DNA of 35,826 nt from assembly GCF_001194135.2 (NCBI RefSeq), contig NC_068981.1:8576075-8611900 (forward strand). The letters are read 5' to 3'. The notes under the pieces were generated by a model, which did not search any database, was not told where the DNA came from, and worked only from the letters and a program-made list of their open reading frames with translations. The position numbers and the translations under genes are program-made. Source of the stretch: Octopus bimaculoides (Eukaryota). Below are positions 1-12,499 of the stretch, one piece after another. The first letter of the stretch is position 1. Each line of letters starts with the position of its first letter.

Positions 1-46
<46 letters not shown>

Positions 47-793
47 CATAGTTTATTGTTCCATTACACGTAGGATCAACGAAACAAGTATTCCATCCAG
101 TGACATATAAATATCATTTAATATACACAATTTGCAAAAGAGCTGTTAATAGTTTCATGCTTTAAGACACATTAAATTGGCAGATTTCTTTTCTTTCTTC
201 TCATTCCACTTTTTGCCTCAATTTCCTTCTTATTTTTTTCTTCTTTTATTTTTCTCATAGGCCAGCATCCTGGTTTTTAAATATATCTAACTTTATGAAC
301 TGAGCCGGAAAGATCGCTAGGAGATATTGTGCATGTTATATATAAATCTGCCAAATTATTGTATCTCTAAAGCATGAAACTATTACTAGCCATTTTGTTA
401 TTGCATTTATCAAATGGTATATATATATATATAATGAAGGGAAGCAAGTGTATAAAATGATGAGAAAATAACTAATAATTGAAGTAATTAAAGGCTCTAG
501 GAGTGGGTGGTGGTGGTGGTGGTGGTAGGCGAGGGGTAGAAGAAAGAGCTGCTTCACCAACATATCATTTCATATCCTGTTTTTATTTAGTTGATGTTTC
601 ACCAATTTCCGTTGATCTCTCTTTTGATGTCACATGACTCACTGATGTTCAGACAACAAACCTGACAATAACAACAACAACAACCAACACACAATATTAC
701 TAAATCTAATCACATTATTCTTCACACGGTGCAGCCTTAACATTTAGCGCACATCAAATTGGATACCAACTACTATCATTATCATTATTGTTA

Positions 794-919
794 GATGGTG
801 GAATTGTTATAGCACTAATTTTTTCAGGCTCTTTACATTCTAAGTTCAAATCTAGCCAAGGTCAACTTTGCCCCTCGTTCTTTCAGATTTAATTAAAGTC
901 AAGTAGCAGTTGAGTAGTG
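794..919 (+). mobile_element. tRNA-derived SINE, family B (decayed)
   Basis: CTTTACATTCTAAGTTCAAATCT.GCCAAGGTCAACTTTGCC...AAGTAGCAGTTGAGTA, shared with the 14.9, 15.3, 16.2, 20.4 and 23.7 kb copies. Confidence 0.6.
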
Positions 920-1238
920 AAACTGCAGCTAATATGGCCACTGCAGTGAGACCAGGTAGATTACTGAGAGTTCTCTACAATAACTGTTATGACATGGTTT
1001 TTTTGATATAATGTTAATTATAAAGTTAATAAGTAAAATATGATTTAGTTCTATCATGTGTGTAAAGATTGACCAGTGTGTATATTGTTATGATATTTGG
1101 ATTGAACCTGATTTTATGAAGAATCTATTTCTATAAATAATTTGCAATTTAAAAAGAGAGAAGAGTATGAATTGAATATAATTTCAGTGTTTGTATGTAT
1201 GTAGATATATTAACACACACATACATATTTGTGCACAT

Positions 1239-1240
<2 letters not shown>

Positions 1241-1310
<70 letters not shown>
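1241..1310. repeat. (CA)n microsatellite (one of many CA/TG, TA and GA arrays in the window)
   Basis: Directly visible. Similar arrays at 1-42, 2134-2172, 9218-9260, 13904-13970, 17192-17243, 27068-27140 and 35589-35676. Confidence 0.95.
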
Positions 1311-1320
<10 letters not shown>

Positions 1321-1734
1321 CTAATTGAAACAGAAATTGATAAGAAATAATAATGTAGTAATAATGACGATAAAAATAAGGGTAAAAATAAATTTTAAAA
1401 ATAAATGGAATGGTTATGGGGACTAAAAAAATACTATTTTTTTTGTGAGGATAATATCTAGTTTTAGGCTCAAAAGTCAAAAGTTAAATTAAATTGCAGC
1501 AACAAAAAATGGAATATAATAATGAAAGCTGGAGCATTTAATGGAAATAAAATGCCTTGTAATCTCTGCACAGCTGAGACCTATGAAATTCTATATTTTA
1601 AGGAACCTATAATGAGCAGACAACTAAAAGAATGTGTATTTGTAGGTATAAAAGTTTTAAAAAACATTTCAGTATTACAAACCAGAAAGACACAGCAAAA
1701 CTGTGATTTACATAACTTCAAATGAAAAACCAAT

Positions 1735-1925
1735 CATTTATCATTTATTGGCCATCCATCTTGCATGATGGCAGGGGCTGAATGGTTTGACAAAATCCAA
1801 TGAAATAGGGGACTGCACTGAGCTCCAGTATCTGTTTTGGCATGGTTTCTACAGATGGATAGTCTTCCTACTGCCTACCACTTTACAAAAAGTGTTCAGA
1901 GTACCTTTTTTGTGATACCAGAACT
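1735..1925 (-). mobile_element. SINE/RTE-type 3' tail fragment
   Basis: TTTTGGCATGGTTTCTACAGATGGATAGTCTTCCTA..CCACTTTACA is the reverse complement of the GTAAAGTGGTTGGCATTAGGAAGGGCATCCAGCTGTAGAAACCATGCCAAA tail. Confidence 0.6.
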
Positions 1926-2128
1926 GGTAATGTCACCTAATAAATTGCAAAACTAAAGAACTTTCATTTCAGACAGAAAGAATAAGAAAAAGGGTGATGA
2001 CTGTAAGGCAAGGTGTTGTTGTTGTTGTTAGGGGGTGTTGGTTGAATAATTCAGAGTTAAGGAAGGGAACAATAAAAGGGAAAGAGAAAGAGTAGTGTTA
2101 GGGGTTAGTGAGAGTGATAAGGGATGGA

Positions 2129-2182
<54 letters not shown>

Positions 2183-2975
2183 GTGATGGTGTTGAGGAGC
2201 TAGAGGGAATGATCAAGGCAACATGTCCAAGATGATGGAATAACAAAATGTCATTACTTTCCAAAAGTGGAGATTGAAAATTGGATAGAAATAGGGGGGG
2301 GGGTAGCAGAAGTCATGATGGAGTTGGCTGTGGTAGTTGTAAGACCATCATCATATACACACATATTCAAATATAATCCCTAAGATGATATAATTTATAT
2401 CCTTATTATTATTATCTATATATTTTTATCTTTTTTGTCTATCACTTTTTGTTCCTTTATAATCAGTTATAATTTTAACTAACTTTAAGCCTCCAGTTTT
2501 TAAATTAAAATTCTAATTTTTAACTTTAATTTTTGAAGTTGTCATTTTTTTAAAAAGAACAAATACTTTCTGCATCAGATCAGTTGCAACAGAAATATCA
2601 TTTACATAAACAGCCACACTGGTTGGTCCTTTACATCCATGACAGAGCTAAATATTAATTAGCTCACTAATTGGTCTATGATAAACGACATTGCTAAAAT
2701 GGCAGAGTGGGAAGAGAAAGAGAAGAGGGAGGGAGAGAGGAGAGAGAGAGAGAGAGAGAGAGAATGTTGGCACATAGTTGAAATACATTTACAAGGTCAT
2801 ACAAATGATTTTCTTTCTCATCCTAAGAAAAAACGACCTCATTAACCCAGACTAAAACAAACAGAATAATTAACTACATTTCAACACAATAATATGATTC
2901 CACCCACACTAGCCACTTTAAAACACAATCATTCATTACATCACATTTAATATCAATGGCCCAATGTATATATTA

Positions 2976-3012
<37 letters not shown>

Positions 3013-3154
3013 TACAGTACTTTTAAACTATTGCCAATAATTGTTCAATAATATTAAATACTACACCATCACATCACAAATATTAATCTTAATACCATTT
3101 AATATATCTGCTAATCAGGAACAGAATTTGCCAAAACAAAATTTAGGTGTGAAC

Positions 3155-3403
3155 TACTGGTTCTCAACCAGGGCCCATATGGCCCTTAGGGGGGGGTCCC
3201 TATTTTGTTATTAACATTTATCTGCAATAAATTGATTATATGTCAACAATACATAAAATATGTTAATTTTTTATACAATTCTTAAAATATTTTATTGTAA
3301 AAATAGGATTTTTTAAACATTGAATGGTTATGAGGGTCCAGTTGAGTAAAAAAAGAATGAAAACGGTCCCTAAGTAAAAAAAAAAAAGAGTTGAGAAACA
3401 CTG
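3155..3403. mobile_element. hAT (Charlie/MER5-like) MITE
   Basis: Ends TACTGGTTCTCAAC ... GTTGAGAAACACTG, close to the CAGTGGTTCTCAAC TIR type. Flanks GTGTGAAC / GTGTAAAA match 6/8, like a decayed 8-bp TSD. A related copy lies in opposite orientation at ~25665-25931. Confidence 0.65.
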
Positions 3404-3836
3404 GTGTAAAACAGTTTCTTACAAATTCATTTAAACAATTACCAAACAATTATTTCATTGCTACGAAAAAAATATTGATATATTATAGTAAAAATACCAC
3501 CACCATCATCATCGTCATCATCATCATCATCATCATCATCACATCAAATGTTGATGATGATGATGTTGCAGATATTTTCACTACAATTTCCACAGTTTAG
3601 TTATTGTTGCCATAGAATATGAGTGTTACTAAAACAGATCTGTATAAGGAGATGATTGGTAACAACACTTGAAGAACTCCACACTTAGACACAAAACATA
3701 TTTGTAATATTGAGCAAATTCTATAGAATTATGTAATACATTCAGCCCTTCTTTAGCCCATGGAAGGAAAATAAGGTACAAATGAAAATGTATATTTCTT
3801 TGTTGTTTAATTTACCATCAATTGCAATTATTAATT

Positions 3837-3909
3837 AAGGTGATTACATAAAATACCTCTCATCAGTTACTAATTCATTAAGGTGATTATATGAAATACC
3901 TATCATCAA
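3837..3909. repeat. Short tandem duplication, ~43-bp period
   Basis: AAGGTGATTACATAAAATACCTCTCATCA and AAGGTGATTATATGAAATACCTATCATCA. Confidence 0.7.
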
Positions 3910-4569
3910 TATGCAGTGAGATATCACAAGGTTAGAAATGCTTAAATTGTATTTCGAAATTATTTTAAATACGGTACTGTTATCAAATCTATTTTTTTTC
4001 AATAACCACATAAAACATTTTATATACACCTCCCCCATCAACTGAGAAACTGTGGTGGTTTTCAAAATAGGTCTTGAGTTAGTTGAAACTATGTGATTTC
4101 GGTAATTTAAACTGGTTTTATAATTCATAGAAAGAAAAATGAGAAAATTATAATTGCGTCTGACGGAAACTTAGCAGTGATAATTCTTTAGTGAAAGTAA
4201 TTAAATAGCAAAAGTTGTTTTTATAAAAATATCAATTTATTGCTGGGTAAATGCTTGTTGCAGCAATGTGCTGCAACAATGGGATATCCCCACCCCCGAC
4301 ACTCAAAGTGACCTTACAGAAATAATTCTGCTTTCAGTTATTACATTTGAATGTGGCCAAGCCTATATGTATACATACACATGCATATATACATTTGTTC
4401 AATTGTTAGAATCCTCTATTTCTTGGTATAAGACAAACAGCTGAATATAATTCAAGTGTAAACACAGAATGACATGGTAAAAAAACTTGACCCTTGCACC
4501 CTTAATGTAAGCCCCAGGCAGGCTAAGAGTAAGGCTCAACCCTCAAGAATTACAGCTACAGTTCATCTA

Positions 4570-4700
4570 ACAGGCTCTCACAGTTTCTACCTACCCAGTT
4601 TAACTAAAAAGGTTTAATTAAACCTGAGGATATTGGAAATAATACTTGGTCAACGTACCAAGCAGTGGAATTGCTCCTCATAATACTGAAGCAGACATTT
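4570..4700 (-). mobile_element. Highly decayed family A SINE head
   Basis: CAGTTTCTACCTACC...ATACTTGGTCAACGTACCAAGCAGTGGAATTG aligns loosely with the minus-strand family A copies. Confidence 0.35.
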
Positions 4701-4816
4701 GGTCACACAGTCATAAATACAAAAATAGTTACAGCTTAACTATCAATGTGAAAAAGTTCATAAAAACCTAGAAGAGCCCCATGAAACTTCAGAAACTCAA
4801 TCAAACATCCAATAGA

Positions 4817-5205
4817 TATGAGGTCTGATCAATAAGTATCCGGACTGTTACCATAGTAACAAAGCAAAAGCATGCAGAGTGAAGCTGCTTGGCAAAGATT
4901 GACCTTGAACTCTGCTGTGCATGTGCACTAAGTTTTAACTTTCTAGCTCACTTCTGTTGTTACAGCAGTGCTTGGAAGGAAGGTGTGTAGCGTGTGATTG
5001 TCCCATTGACCATGATAGAGAAAGTTGTCATGGTGATACCTGCTCAGAGGCCTGTGCAAAGTTGCAGAGAGTGTATGAAGAGTAGTGTATGAGCTGCATG
5101 CAAGTGTATGAGTGGTTCAGACATTTCTAAGATAGCTGAAAAAATGTCAATAGTGACGAATGTTCTGGGAGACCTGCAACCAGCAGAATTGAGAAAAACA
5201 TTGCA
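4817..5205 (+). mobile_element. Mariner DNA transposon 5' end (TIR plus decayed transposase N-terminal HTH)
   Basis: TA followed by TGAGGTCTGATCAATAAGTATCCGGAC (mariner-type TIR). ATG at 5012, then GDTCSEACAKLQRVYEE*CMSCMQVYEWFRHF*DS*KNVNSDECSGRPATSRIEKNIA, matching the mariner VYEWF..F..G...D..RSGRP motif. Confidence 0.8.
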
Positions 5206-5562
5206 AGTCACCTCACTGGACTTAACAACAAAAAAAGGTACATAGGCATGATGGAAGGCAAATTCAAGAAATGCTACAGTTATGTTGTAGTTTACTGAAA
5301 AGGAGAGTGTCACTAAGCTATTTAATCATATCTGGAAATTAAAGAAAAGACTTGAACATAAAACTAAAAATATGATTCTCTTGTAACCAACAGAGATAGC
5401 AGCAGTCCCTACTTGAACCCTAATCATTCCAGTCTACCTCCAGAACATTTGGTAATCAATTATAACTTTTTGATCAAAAATGAATTCAGTTCAAAATAGC
5501 AAAGTTCTGATCAAAATCTTCATCTAAGAACAGAAACCGACACAGTAATAAGCAGACATTAG

Positions 5563-5949
5563 TTGGTGGTGGTGTTGGTGGTGGTGGTGGTGGTGTTGGT
5601 GGTGGTGGTGGTGGTGTTGGTNNNNNNNNNNNNNNNNNNNNNNNNNNNNNNNNNNNNNNNNNNNNNNNNNNNNNNNNNNNNNNNNNNNNNNNNNNNNNNN
5701 NNNNNNNNNNNNNNNNNNNNNNNNNNNNNNNNNNNNNNNNNNNNNNNNNNNNNNNNNNNNNNNNNNNNNNNNNNNNNNNNNNNNNNNNNNNNNNNNNNNN
5801 NNNNNNNNNNNNNNNNNNNNNNNNNNNNNNNNNNNNNNNNNNNNNNNNNNNNNNNNNNNNNNNNNNNNNNNNNNNNNNNNNNNNNNNNNNNNNNNNNNNN
5901 NNNNNNNNTGGTGGTGGTGGTGGTGGTGTTGGTGGTGGTGGTGTTGGTG
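5563..5949. repeat. (GGT)n microsatellite with periodic GTT, spanning a gap
   Basis: Directly visible; N gap 5622-5908. Source of the Pro/Thr-rich and poly-Val ORFs. Confidence 0.9.
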
Positions 5950-6891
5950 TCACAAACATCATTAGTATTCTGATTACGATAAAGCGTTCTCTATGAATCT
6001 TTCTCCTGCTTGCACTACAAGACAGACTTTCAAGCAAAGGCTATGGGAAAAGTAAAACACAAGTGTGACAATCTACAAAAGATTTTCCCAAGATAAAAAT
6101 AAATGCAGTAATATAGGTTCTTAGGCCAACAGACAATTGAGCTAAACCCAGTAATAATTTTAAAATATGAGAGAGAGAGAGATGTTAACGTTTGAATATA
6201 GTAATGTCTTGACATTTAGGATTTAGGTATTTCTACGTAACTCAAGGTGTGAAGCAAAACAACTGGAATATTTTAAAACTGATAATACATTTGAATTCAG
6301 ACATAAAGAAAAAGAAGAAAATGATAAAGCTTAATCTATCATTGCAATGGTTTCAACAGAGAGAACAGGAATTTGAGTTGTGTCATGAATTCTCATGACA
6401 AGCAAAATGTTTGCACAGTTGAGCAGCTTTTAATGGAATGTCTGTGTCCCTCCTGCATTTATTAAAGTAAATTATGTCCTTAAAACACAACCTTAGTGTG
6501 ACTCAGAGTCAGCCATGCTTGATATAACAGTTCAGGAGGAAATTTAGCCTGGAATAAATGCAAACAAACCTAACCACATCTGTGTGGTGTGAGACATTTT
6601 GAGAGACAAAAGATTATATCTTGAATCCAATGTATAAAGTGGCCCTGGACAAGATATTGTTGTTGACACATCACTGCTAGCAGTAAACAGGTACCCTGGG
6701 CTGGTAAATCATATTTATTTTATGAGTATTTTGCCAACAAGCAAGGTTTCCATTCAAGTCCTATAGTTCTGGGGAGTCATTCAAATCAGTATTTGAATGA
6801 CAAATTTGTATTCACTTTCTGATCAGTCTGTCTGTTTGTCATTCTAGTCATCTGTAATTTTAGAACCAAGTTATAATGGAAGTTCTACTTT

Positions 6892-7088
6892 TTAATGCTT
6901 TCCTTACCACATTTCTGATGAAACACACATTGTTTCGCTCAATTAATTTTGAAAATAATGAAGCATTTAGTAAACTTTCACATTATTAAGCTAGAATTTG
7001 ATGAAAGGGTTTTAATTGAGATCCCTTCTAATGAGGGAGATCGTATCACAAGGAGTGGCCTAAGTCACATGGGCACCAATAGGGTTCA
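6892..7088. mobile_element. TTAA-flanked (piggyBac-like) MITE, decayed
   Basis: Begins TTAA and ends AGGGTTCA. Internal AATTAATTTTGAAAATAATGAA...CATTATTAAGCT is shared in reverse complement with 25403-25634. This explains ORF 6949-7218 as non-coding. Confidence 0.5.
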
Positions 7089-8307
7089 ACTTTGCAGGAA
7101 AGCTATTCAGCTTCATTATGAATTTGCTGAAATGATTCTTGTCAACAGATTTTTCAAAGCAATTTCTAAATTAATACATGCAAATATATTCTTTGAAAAC
7201 TCTGATCTCTCTCAATAAATTACTGGCATTATATCTTAAAGAGAAGACAACAATCCTACAGTTATAATGACACTGCTGATAATATATAGAAGAATATCAA
7301 TCGTAACAAAGAAAAAAGTTTATCATCATCATCATGGGTTAGATGAGGTTCACATCTAATATATACGACAACTAAAGCATAAAACAATGATTTAGATCTG
7401 TGGAAGTCGTTAAATTCAAATTAATGCCCAAATTTAGCCAATTAACCTTTTATAATGACCCATACAAGAATGTGTATGTACACAGATATACAAACTGGTT
7501 GGATAAGGTGAAGAGTCACACAGCAGAAACAGAGGAGTTTGTGAGAGTGTGTATGTGTGAGTGTGTGTGTGCGACAGAGTAAAGAGAAATGAGGATGTGA
7601 CAATAGGTTAAAGATAAAAACATTAAATATAATCCATGGAGTAGCGCTGTGATAATGGCAATCGAAATAAATGTATGAAGTGACAAGGTAAAGGTTTACA
7701 AAATATATTATTCAAAATTGGTCAATGCTGGAGGAATACAGGAATTGGTTTATCCAAGTACAACAGATATTACACTAAATGACATGGTATCATGTCAAAA
7801 TTACATACACCTTCTTTTATCTTCTGCTTTTGTAGTCCTTAATTATGAGATTGTTTAATTGCGAAAATTTCCATTTAGCCCTCATTGCCAACTTGTGCAT
7901 TNNNNNNNNNNNNNNNNNNNNNNNNNNNNNNNNNNNNNNNNNNNNNNNNNNNNNNNNNNNNNNNNNNNNNNNNNNNNNNNNNNNNNNNNNNNNNNNNNNN
8001 NNNNNNNNNNNNNNNNNNNNNNNNNNNNNNNNNNNNNNNNNNNNNNNNNNNNNNNNNNNNNNNNNNNNNNNNNNNNNNNNNNNNNNNNNNNNNNNNNNNN
8101 NNNNNNNNNNNNNNNNNNNNNNNNNNNNNNNNNNNNNNNNNNNNNNNNNNNNNNNNNNNNNNNNNNNNNNNNNNNNNNNNNNNNNNNNNNNNNNNNNNNN
8201 NNNNNNNNNNNNNNNNNNNNNNNNNNNNNNNNNNNNNNNNNNNNNNNNNNNNNNNNNNNNNNNNNNNNNNNNNNNNNNNNNNNNNNNNNNNNNNNNNNNN
8301 NNNNNNN

Positions 8308-8352
<45 letters not shown>

Positions 8353-9082
8353 ATTATATATATATACATACATATCCTCTTGGAATGGTGATGCTTAAAA
8401 TCATTTTTGTTTGTTAAATAAAAATTCTCAAAGACAAATTTTCTGAATATTTTTTATGACTGAAACCTAATTAATCTAAAAGCAATGTCTACAGCAAAGT
8501 AATTTAAGTAGAAAAAAAGTTTTAAAATAGTTTCAGCCATGTTTATGTTCTTGTAAACATGCACATACATACACGCTTGTACATAGGTACATATATGTAT
8601 ATACGTGTACACACATATACACACACATACTACAAAAAATCCAAAGATCTTGAACCTCATGTAGACAAGAAAGCTAAGGCCAGTATTTGTTTTTATGGTT
8701 TTGATAAGAAATATATGGAAATATAAGAGAAATCTCTGTATCACATAATTTTGTTAAGAAACTAAGAACGAATGTAAAGCGAAACTGCAATCAAAACTTA
8801 AGTTGGTAAAATGACGAAAAAATAGAGAAAACTTACAATTTCTTGCATCTAAAGAATTGGTATTAAAGAAAATAAGAAAAATAAAAAAAAAATCTATAAA
8901 AAGAACAGAATGAAAAGAATACAACAAAAACAGGTATAAAAGATCTTTGTTTTAATTTATCTTGGATTCCAAAGAATATTTTTTTTTGACAGTTTCTTGT
9001 GGAGATATGTTCACTAAATTGCTGACTCAGCTACAATTGAAACAGCTCCACCAATGGTGATTTACTCTACAAGTTGTTGATT

Positions 9083-9510
9083 GGTGCAGCTGTGTGGTAA
9101 AGAAACTTGAATCTCAACCATGTGGTTTCAGGTTCAATCCTACTGCATGGCGTGTCTTCTACTAAGCCAACCAATGTCTTAGCAGTGGATTTGGCTTACT
9201 GAACCTGAAAGTTCATTGTGTGTGTGTGTGTGTGTGTGTGTCTGTGTGTGTGTGTGTGTGCGTGCATGTTAGTGTGTACCCAAGTCTTGATATCATGTAA
9301 TAATTGTAAACGAGCATCCCCATCATACAAGCAGTGTTGTTCATTTCAAGTCCTCCATGAAAAATACGTCTGGTCATGGAAAAATATTACCTTGTTTGGT
9401 AAAAGGTGATCATTGGCAACAGAAAGGACATCTAATTGTAGAAAAGGTGCCTCAACAAATTCCACCCGAGCCATGCATGCTTGGAAAAGTGGACACTAAA
9501 AGAATAAAGA
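9083..9510 (+). mobile_element. tRNA-derived SINE, family A (head, CORE-like segment, (TG)n, tail)
   Basis: GCTGTGTGGTAA A-box-like and GGTTCAATCC B-box-like motifs; body similar to copies at 11.5, 13.8, 19.2 and 21.8 kb. Confidence 0.7.
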
Positions 9511-9606
9511 TGGACATATTCTACAAGCGCTTACCAAATTCCACAAACTGAATATCAACATTAATAAATTGAAAAAAATGCTGTATTTCTTAACAAAGAT
9601 AAAACA

Positions 9607-9696
9607 AAGAGTGATGAGTGACAGACAAGAGTGATGGGTGACAGAAGAGTGATGAGTGGTAGACAAGAGTGATGAATGGTTGACAAGAATGATGAA
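9607..9696. repeat. ~20-bp minisatellite, about 4.5 copies
   Basis: AAGAGTGATGAGTGACAGAC and variants in tandem. Confidence 0.8.
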
Positions 9697-9877
9697 GGAG
9701 GCACCACCTGCAGTTGACATAATCTTGCATGACCAAGATTAAGTCAACTCCAGTTTGTTGTCTCTTGAGGCCTCTGGGTGAAACATGGAGTCAACCCTAT
9801 GAGACCTCTGATAACAGGCTGCTGTCTGCTCCCACACAATCAACCAGAGCAAACAAGACCAAGTGTTCTGACCAGTG

Positions 9878-9879
<2 letters not shown>

Positions 9880-9943
<64 letters not shown>
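9880..9943. repeat. Compound (AAC)n(AAT)n microsatellite
   Basis: Directly visible; abuts the R4/Dong 5' junction. Confidence 0.95.
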
Positions 9944-9945
<2 letters not shown>

Positions 9946-10568
9946 GCCCAAAACCACAACAAGTTGTGGCGACATGATCAGGTAGTGAAAGTGCTACATT
10001 GGAAACTGTGCAAAAAGGGGGGGGGCTAGAGAGAGACAAGACATGGTATGAGCACAAACAACAGAGAGTGTCAGGGTCGGAGACCAGCAAAATCCTCTGG
10101 GATTTCCCAATCCAAACAGATCAGATGCTAGAGCATAACAGACCAGACCTTGTGGTGGTGGACAAGATGCACCACATATGTTATATAGTTGATGTTGCAT
10201 GCCCCTTTGACCCACGAATAGTCATGGAGGAAGGCAAAAAGATAGATAAATACAACCCTCTTAAATATGAAATAGCCTGGCTATGGAAAATGAAGAAGGT
10301 GAAGATAGTGCCAATTATTATTGGGTTCTTGGGAACAGTATCAGAAGGCATCAAGAGGAATATAAAGGAAATTGGAATAGAGTGTCCAGTAGAACTGTTA
10401 CAAAAGGTTTGCCTCCTTGGCATGGCCAGAATAATCAGGAAAGTATTAGATAGTTGAAAAGAACGAAACGCATGGTACCGTGGACTGCAGTTAGTGAGCC
10501 CGCTATGGATGCAAAACTCCAGGAGCTCCAACAAAACCTGTGATAAAGAGAACTAATAATAATAATAA
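9944..10568 (+). mobile_element. 5'-truncated R4/Dong-clade non-LTR retrotransposon: C-terminal restriction-like endonuclease, 3' UTR and (TAA)n tail
   Basis: RHDQVVKVLHWKLCKK, then a frameshift in a G9 run (10017-10025), then WYEH...KILWDFPIQTD...HNRPDLVVVDK...IVDVACPFD...EGKKIDKYNPLKYEI...VPIIIGFLG...LQKVCLLGMARIIRKVLDS* (stop ends 10457). These are the RHD and PD..D motifs of RLE elements. Flanked 5' by (TAA)n and ends in (TAA)5. Confidence 0.85.
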
Positions 10569-10963
10569 TGGGAAAGCAATGAAAATGTGGGATTATGATT
10601 TTCTGACTGATAGAGCAATCGAGCATCACCGACCGGACAGTGTTGTATAGAAGAAGATAGACAAACACTGTTAGGTTATTGAATGTAGCCATGGGAAATG
10701 ACATGAATTTTTGTAAGTAATGAGGTTGGAACAAATCAGGAATTAGTCTAAATTGAAAGAGGAGATGGCAAGGTTGTTTGGAATGTGAGAGGGGAATGTT
10801 AAAGTGATACCAGTTGTGTTCAGGACATTAGGGGCAATCCCATTGAAACTTCAAGGTTTCTTAAAGTAGTGGGGAATACCATGCGAATATCAGTCGGTCT
10901 TGCTTAGTACTGTGCACATTTTAAGGAAAGTATCATCTGTCTGTTGTGTCCTTGACAGATAAC
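10567..10963 (+). mobile_element. Second, older and divergent R4/Dong-like RLE fragment directly behind the first
   Basis: Manual translation from 10567: NGKAMKMWDYDFLTDRAIEHHRPDSVV*KKIDKHC*VI...KLKEEMARLFGM*EGNVKVIPVVFRTLGAIPLKLQGFLK*WGIPCEYQSVLLSTVHILRKV. Same motif order as the first copy, with several stops and compensating frameshifts. Confidence 0.75.
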
Positions 10964-11188
10964 TAAACACTCCGGTGCATTTTCAATCTACTCTGCATGA
11001 CAAAGCAGCCAATAGGTACAAAACTGTGCATCAGGGCTTTCCTACCAATGCATGTGAAGACCAGATTCGATAGACTAAGAGGAAGAAACCTTCATGACTG
11101 AATGGAGAGGAAGGTGGCCATCTATCTAATTGTAGGGTGCAGAGAACAAGATGCAGTAAAGGAAGATATCTTGGCCATTCACTGCAGC

Positions 11189-11518
11189 TATTTCGACCCC
11201 CAGTTGTCTGGACCGAGTCTTACCGCTGGATCCCAAAGGGGCCAGGGATGAGAGAGTGGGTTGGGGGTGAACAACTCTTCACTTTAAACAAAGTCACCAC
11301 ACAAACTACATGGGTTNNNNNNNNNNNNNNNNNNNNNNNNNNNNNNNNNNNNNNNNNNNNNNNNNNNNNNNNNNNNNNNNNNNNNNNNNNTATTTCGACC
11401 CCCAGTTGTCTGGACCGAGTCTTACCGCTGGATCCCAAAGGGGCCAGGGATGAGAGAGTGGGTTGGGGGTGAACAACTCTTCACTTTAAACAAAGTCACC
11501 ACACAAACTACATGGGTT
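11189..11518. other. Exact 128-bp duplication across an N gap (likely assembly overlap)
   Basis: 11189-11316 is identical to 11391-11518, separated only by Ns. Confidence 0.8.
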
Positions 11519-11534
11519 ATATGTGATTTTTATC

Positions 11535-11748
11535 TTTTACTTGTTTCATCCACTAGACTGTGGCCATGCTGAGGCACCAATGCCTTGAAGAATTTGTAGT
11601 TGAATGAATCAACCCCAGGACGTTTTTTTTTTTTATTTAAGCTTAGTACTTATTCTATCAGTCTCTCTTGCTGAACTGCTAAGTTATGGGGACGCAAATA
11701 CACCAACAGCAGTTGTCAAGCTGATGGAGTGGGGGGGGAAGGCACAAA

Positions 11749-11783
<35 letters not shown>

Positions 11784-11926
11784 CTTTCAGTTTCCGTCTA
11801 CCAAATCCACTCACAAGGTTTTCGTCAGCTTCAGGCTACAGTAGAAGACACTTGCCCAAGGTGCCACTGAACTCGGAGCCATGTGGTTGGGAAGCAAGAG
11901 TCTTACCACACAGCCACACCCGTGCC
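11535..11926 (-). mobile_element. tRNA-derived SINE, family A
   Basis: Reverse complement reads GTGGCTGTGTGGTAAGA...CCCAACCACATGG...GGCACCTTGGGCAAGTGTCTTCTAC...GTGAGTGGATTTGGTAGACGGAAACTGAAAGAAG followed by (TG)n. Confidence 0.8.
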
Positions 11927-12499
11927 TGTACACACACACAGTTACACGCACACACACATATATATATATGATGTATTGAAAAATGTATGTATGATGTAAA
12001 AAAAACAAGTTTAAATATCTGTTTAGTTACAAGGCTGCAAACATTAATAATGTTAATCTATTATTTAGTTATAGCAGCATTAATGTTCAGCTGGATTAAA
12101 AGCTAAACAAGCTGATCAGTCATTGATCATCAGTGGTTAGTCATCAATGTAAATTATGATATGAAAGATAGACAGTAGGAGTAACAGCAATGGATATCGT
12201 TTAAGAATTAGACAAGAGTTAATGAGGAAAGTGTTGTCCCAATATTATTTTAAAAATTAGTTTCTACATAAACAGTCAATGTCTGAAAGCATTTGAAACC
12301 CGTTAATTATTTAACTTGAAGATAAACGTAATTGAAAGCAGAAAACAACAGCAGAGTTGCTAACAGCCACAGTCGTACATTTAAACGATTGAGTGAACAG
12401 CTTGCAAATGTGAGTCACTTGATAAACAATGTCATATTCAACCGTCGTTTTACAAAAGTTAATTTTGTTTATACATAATAGTTTTCTAAATTTGATGAA

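Noticed and set aside
5486-6037. Pro/Thr-rich extensin- or formin-like ORF
   Set aside because: Made of a (GGT)n microsatellite and an N gap; flanks show no homology or usable splice sites.
6905-7218. ORF 6949-7218 and a minus-strand GTG|GTAAGG donor
   Set aside because: Both overlap a TTAA-flanked MITE that recurs inverted at 25.4 kb.
7817-8417. Several long ORFs here and at 18029-19017
   Set aside because: Open only because they run through Ns and TA/CA repeats.
11189-11518. 128-bp direct repeat (LTR-like or tandem duplication)
   Set aside because: The two copies are identical and separated only by Ns, typical of unmerged contig overlap.
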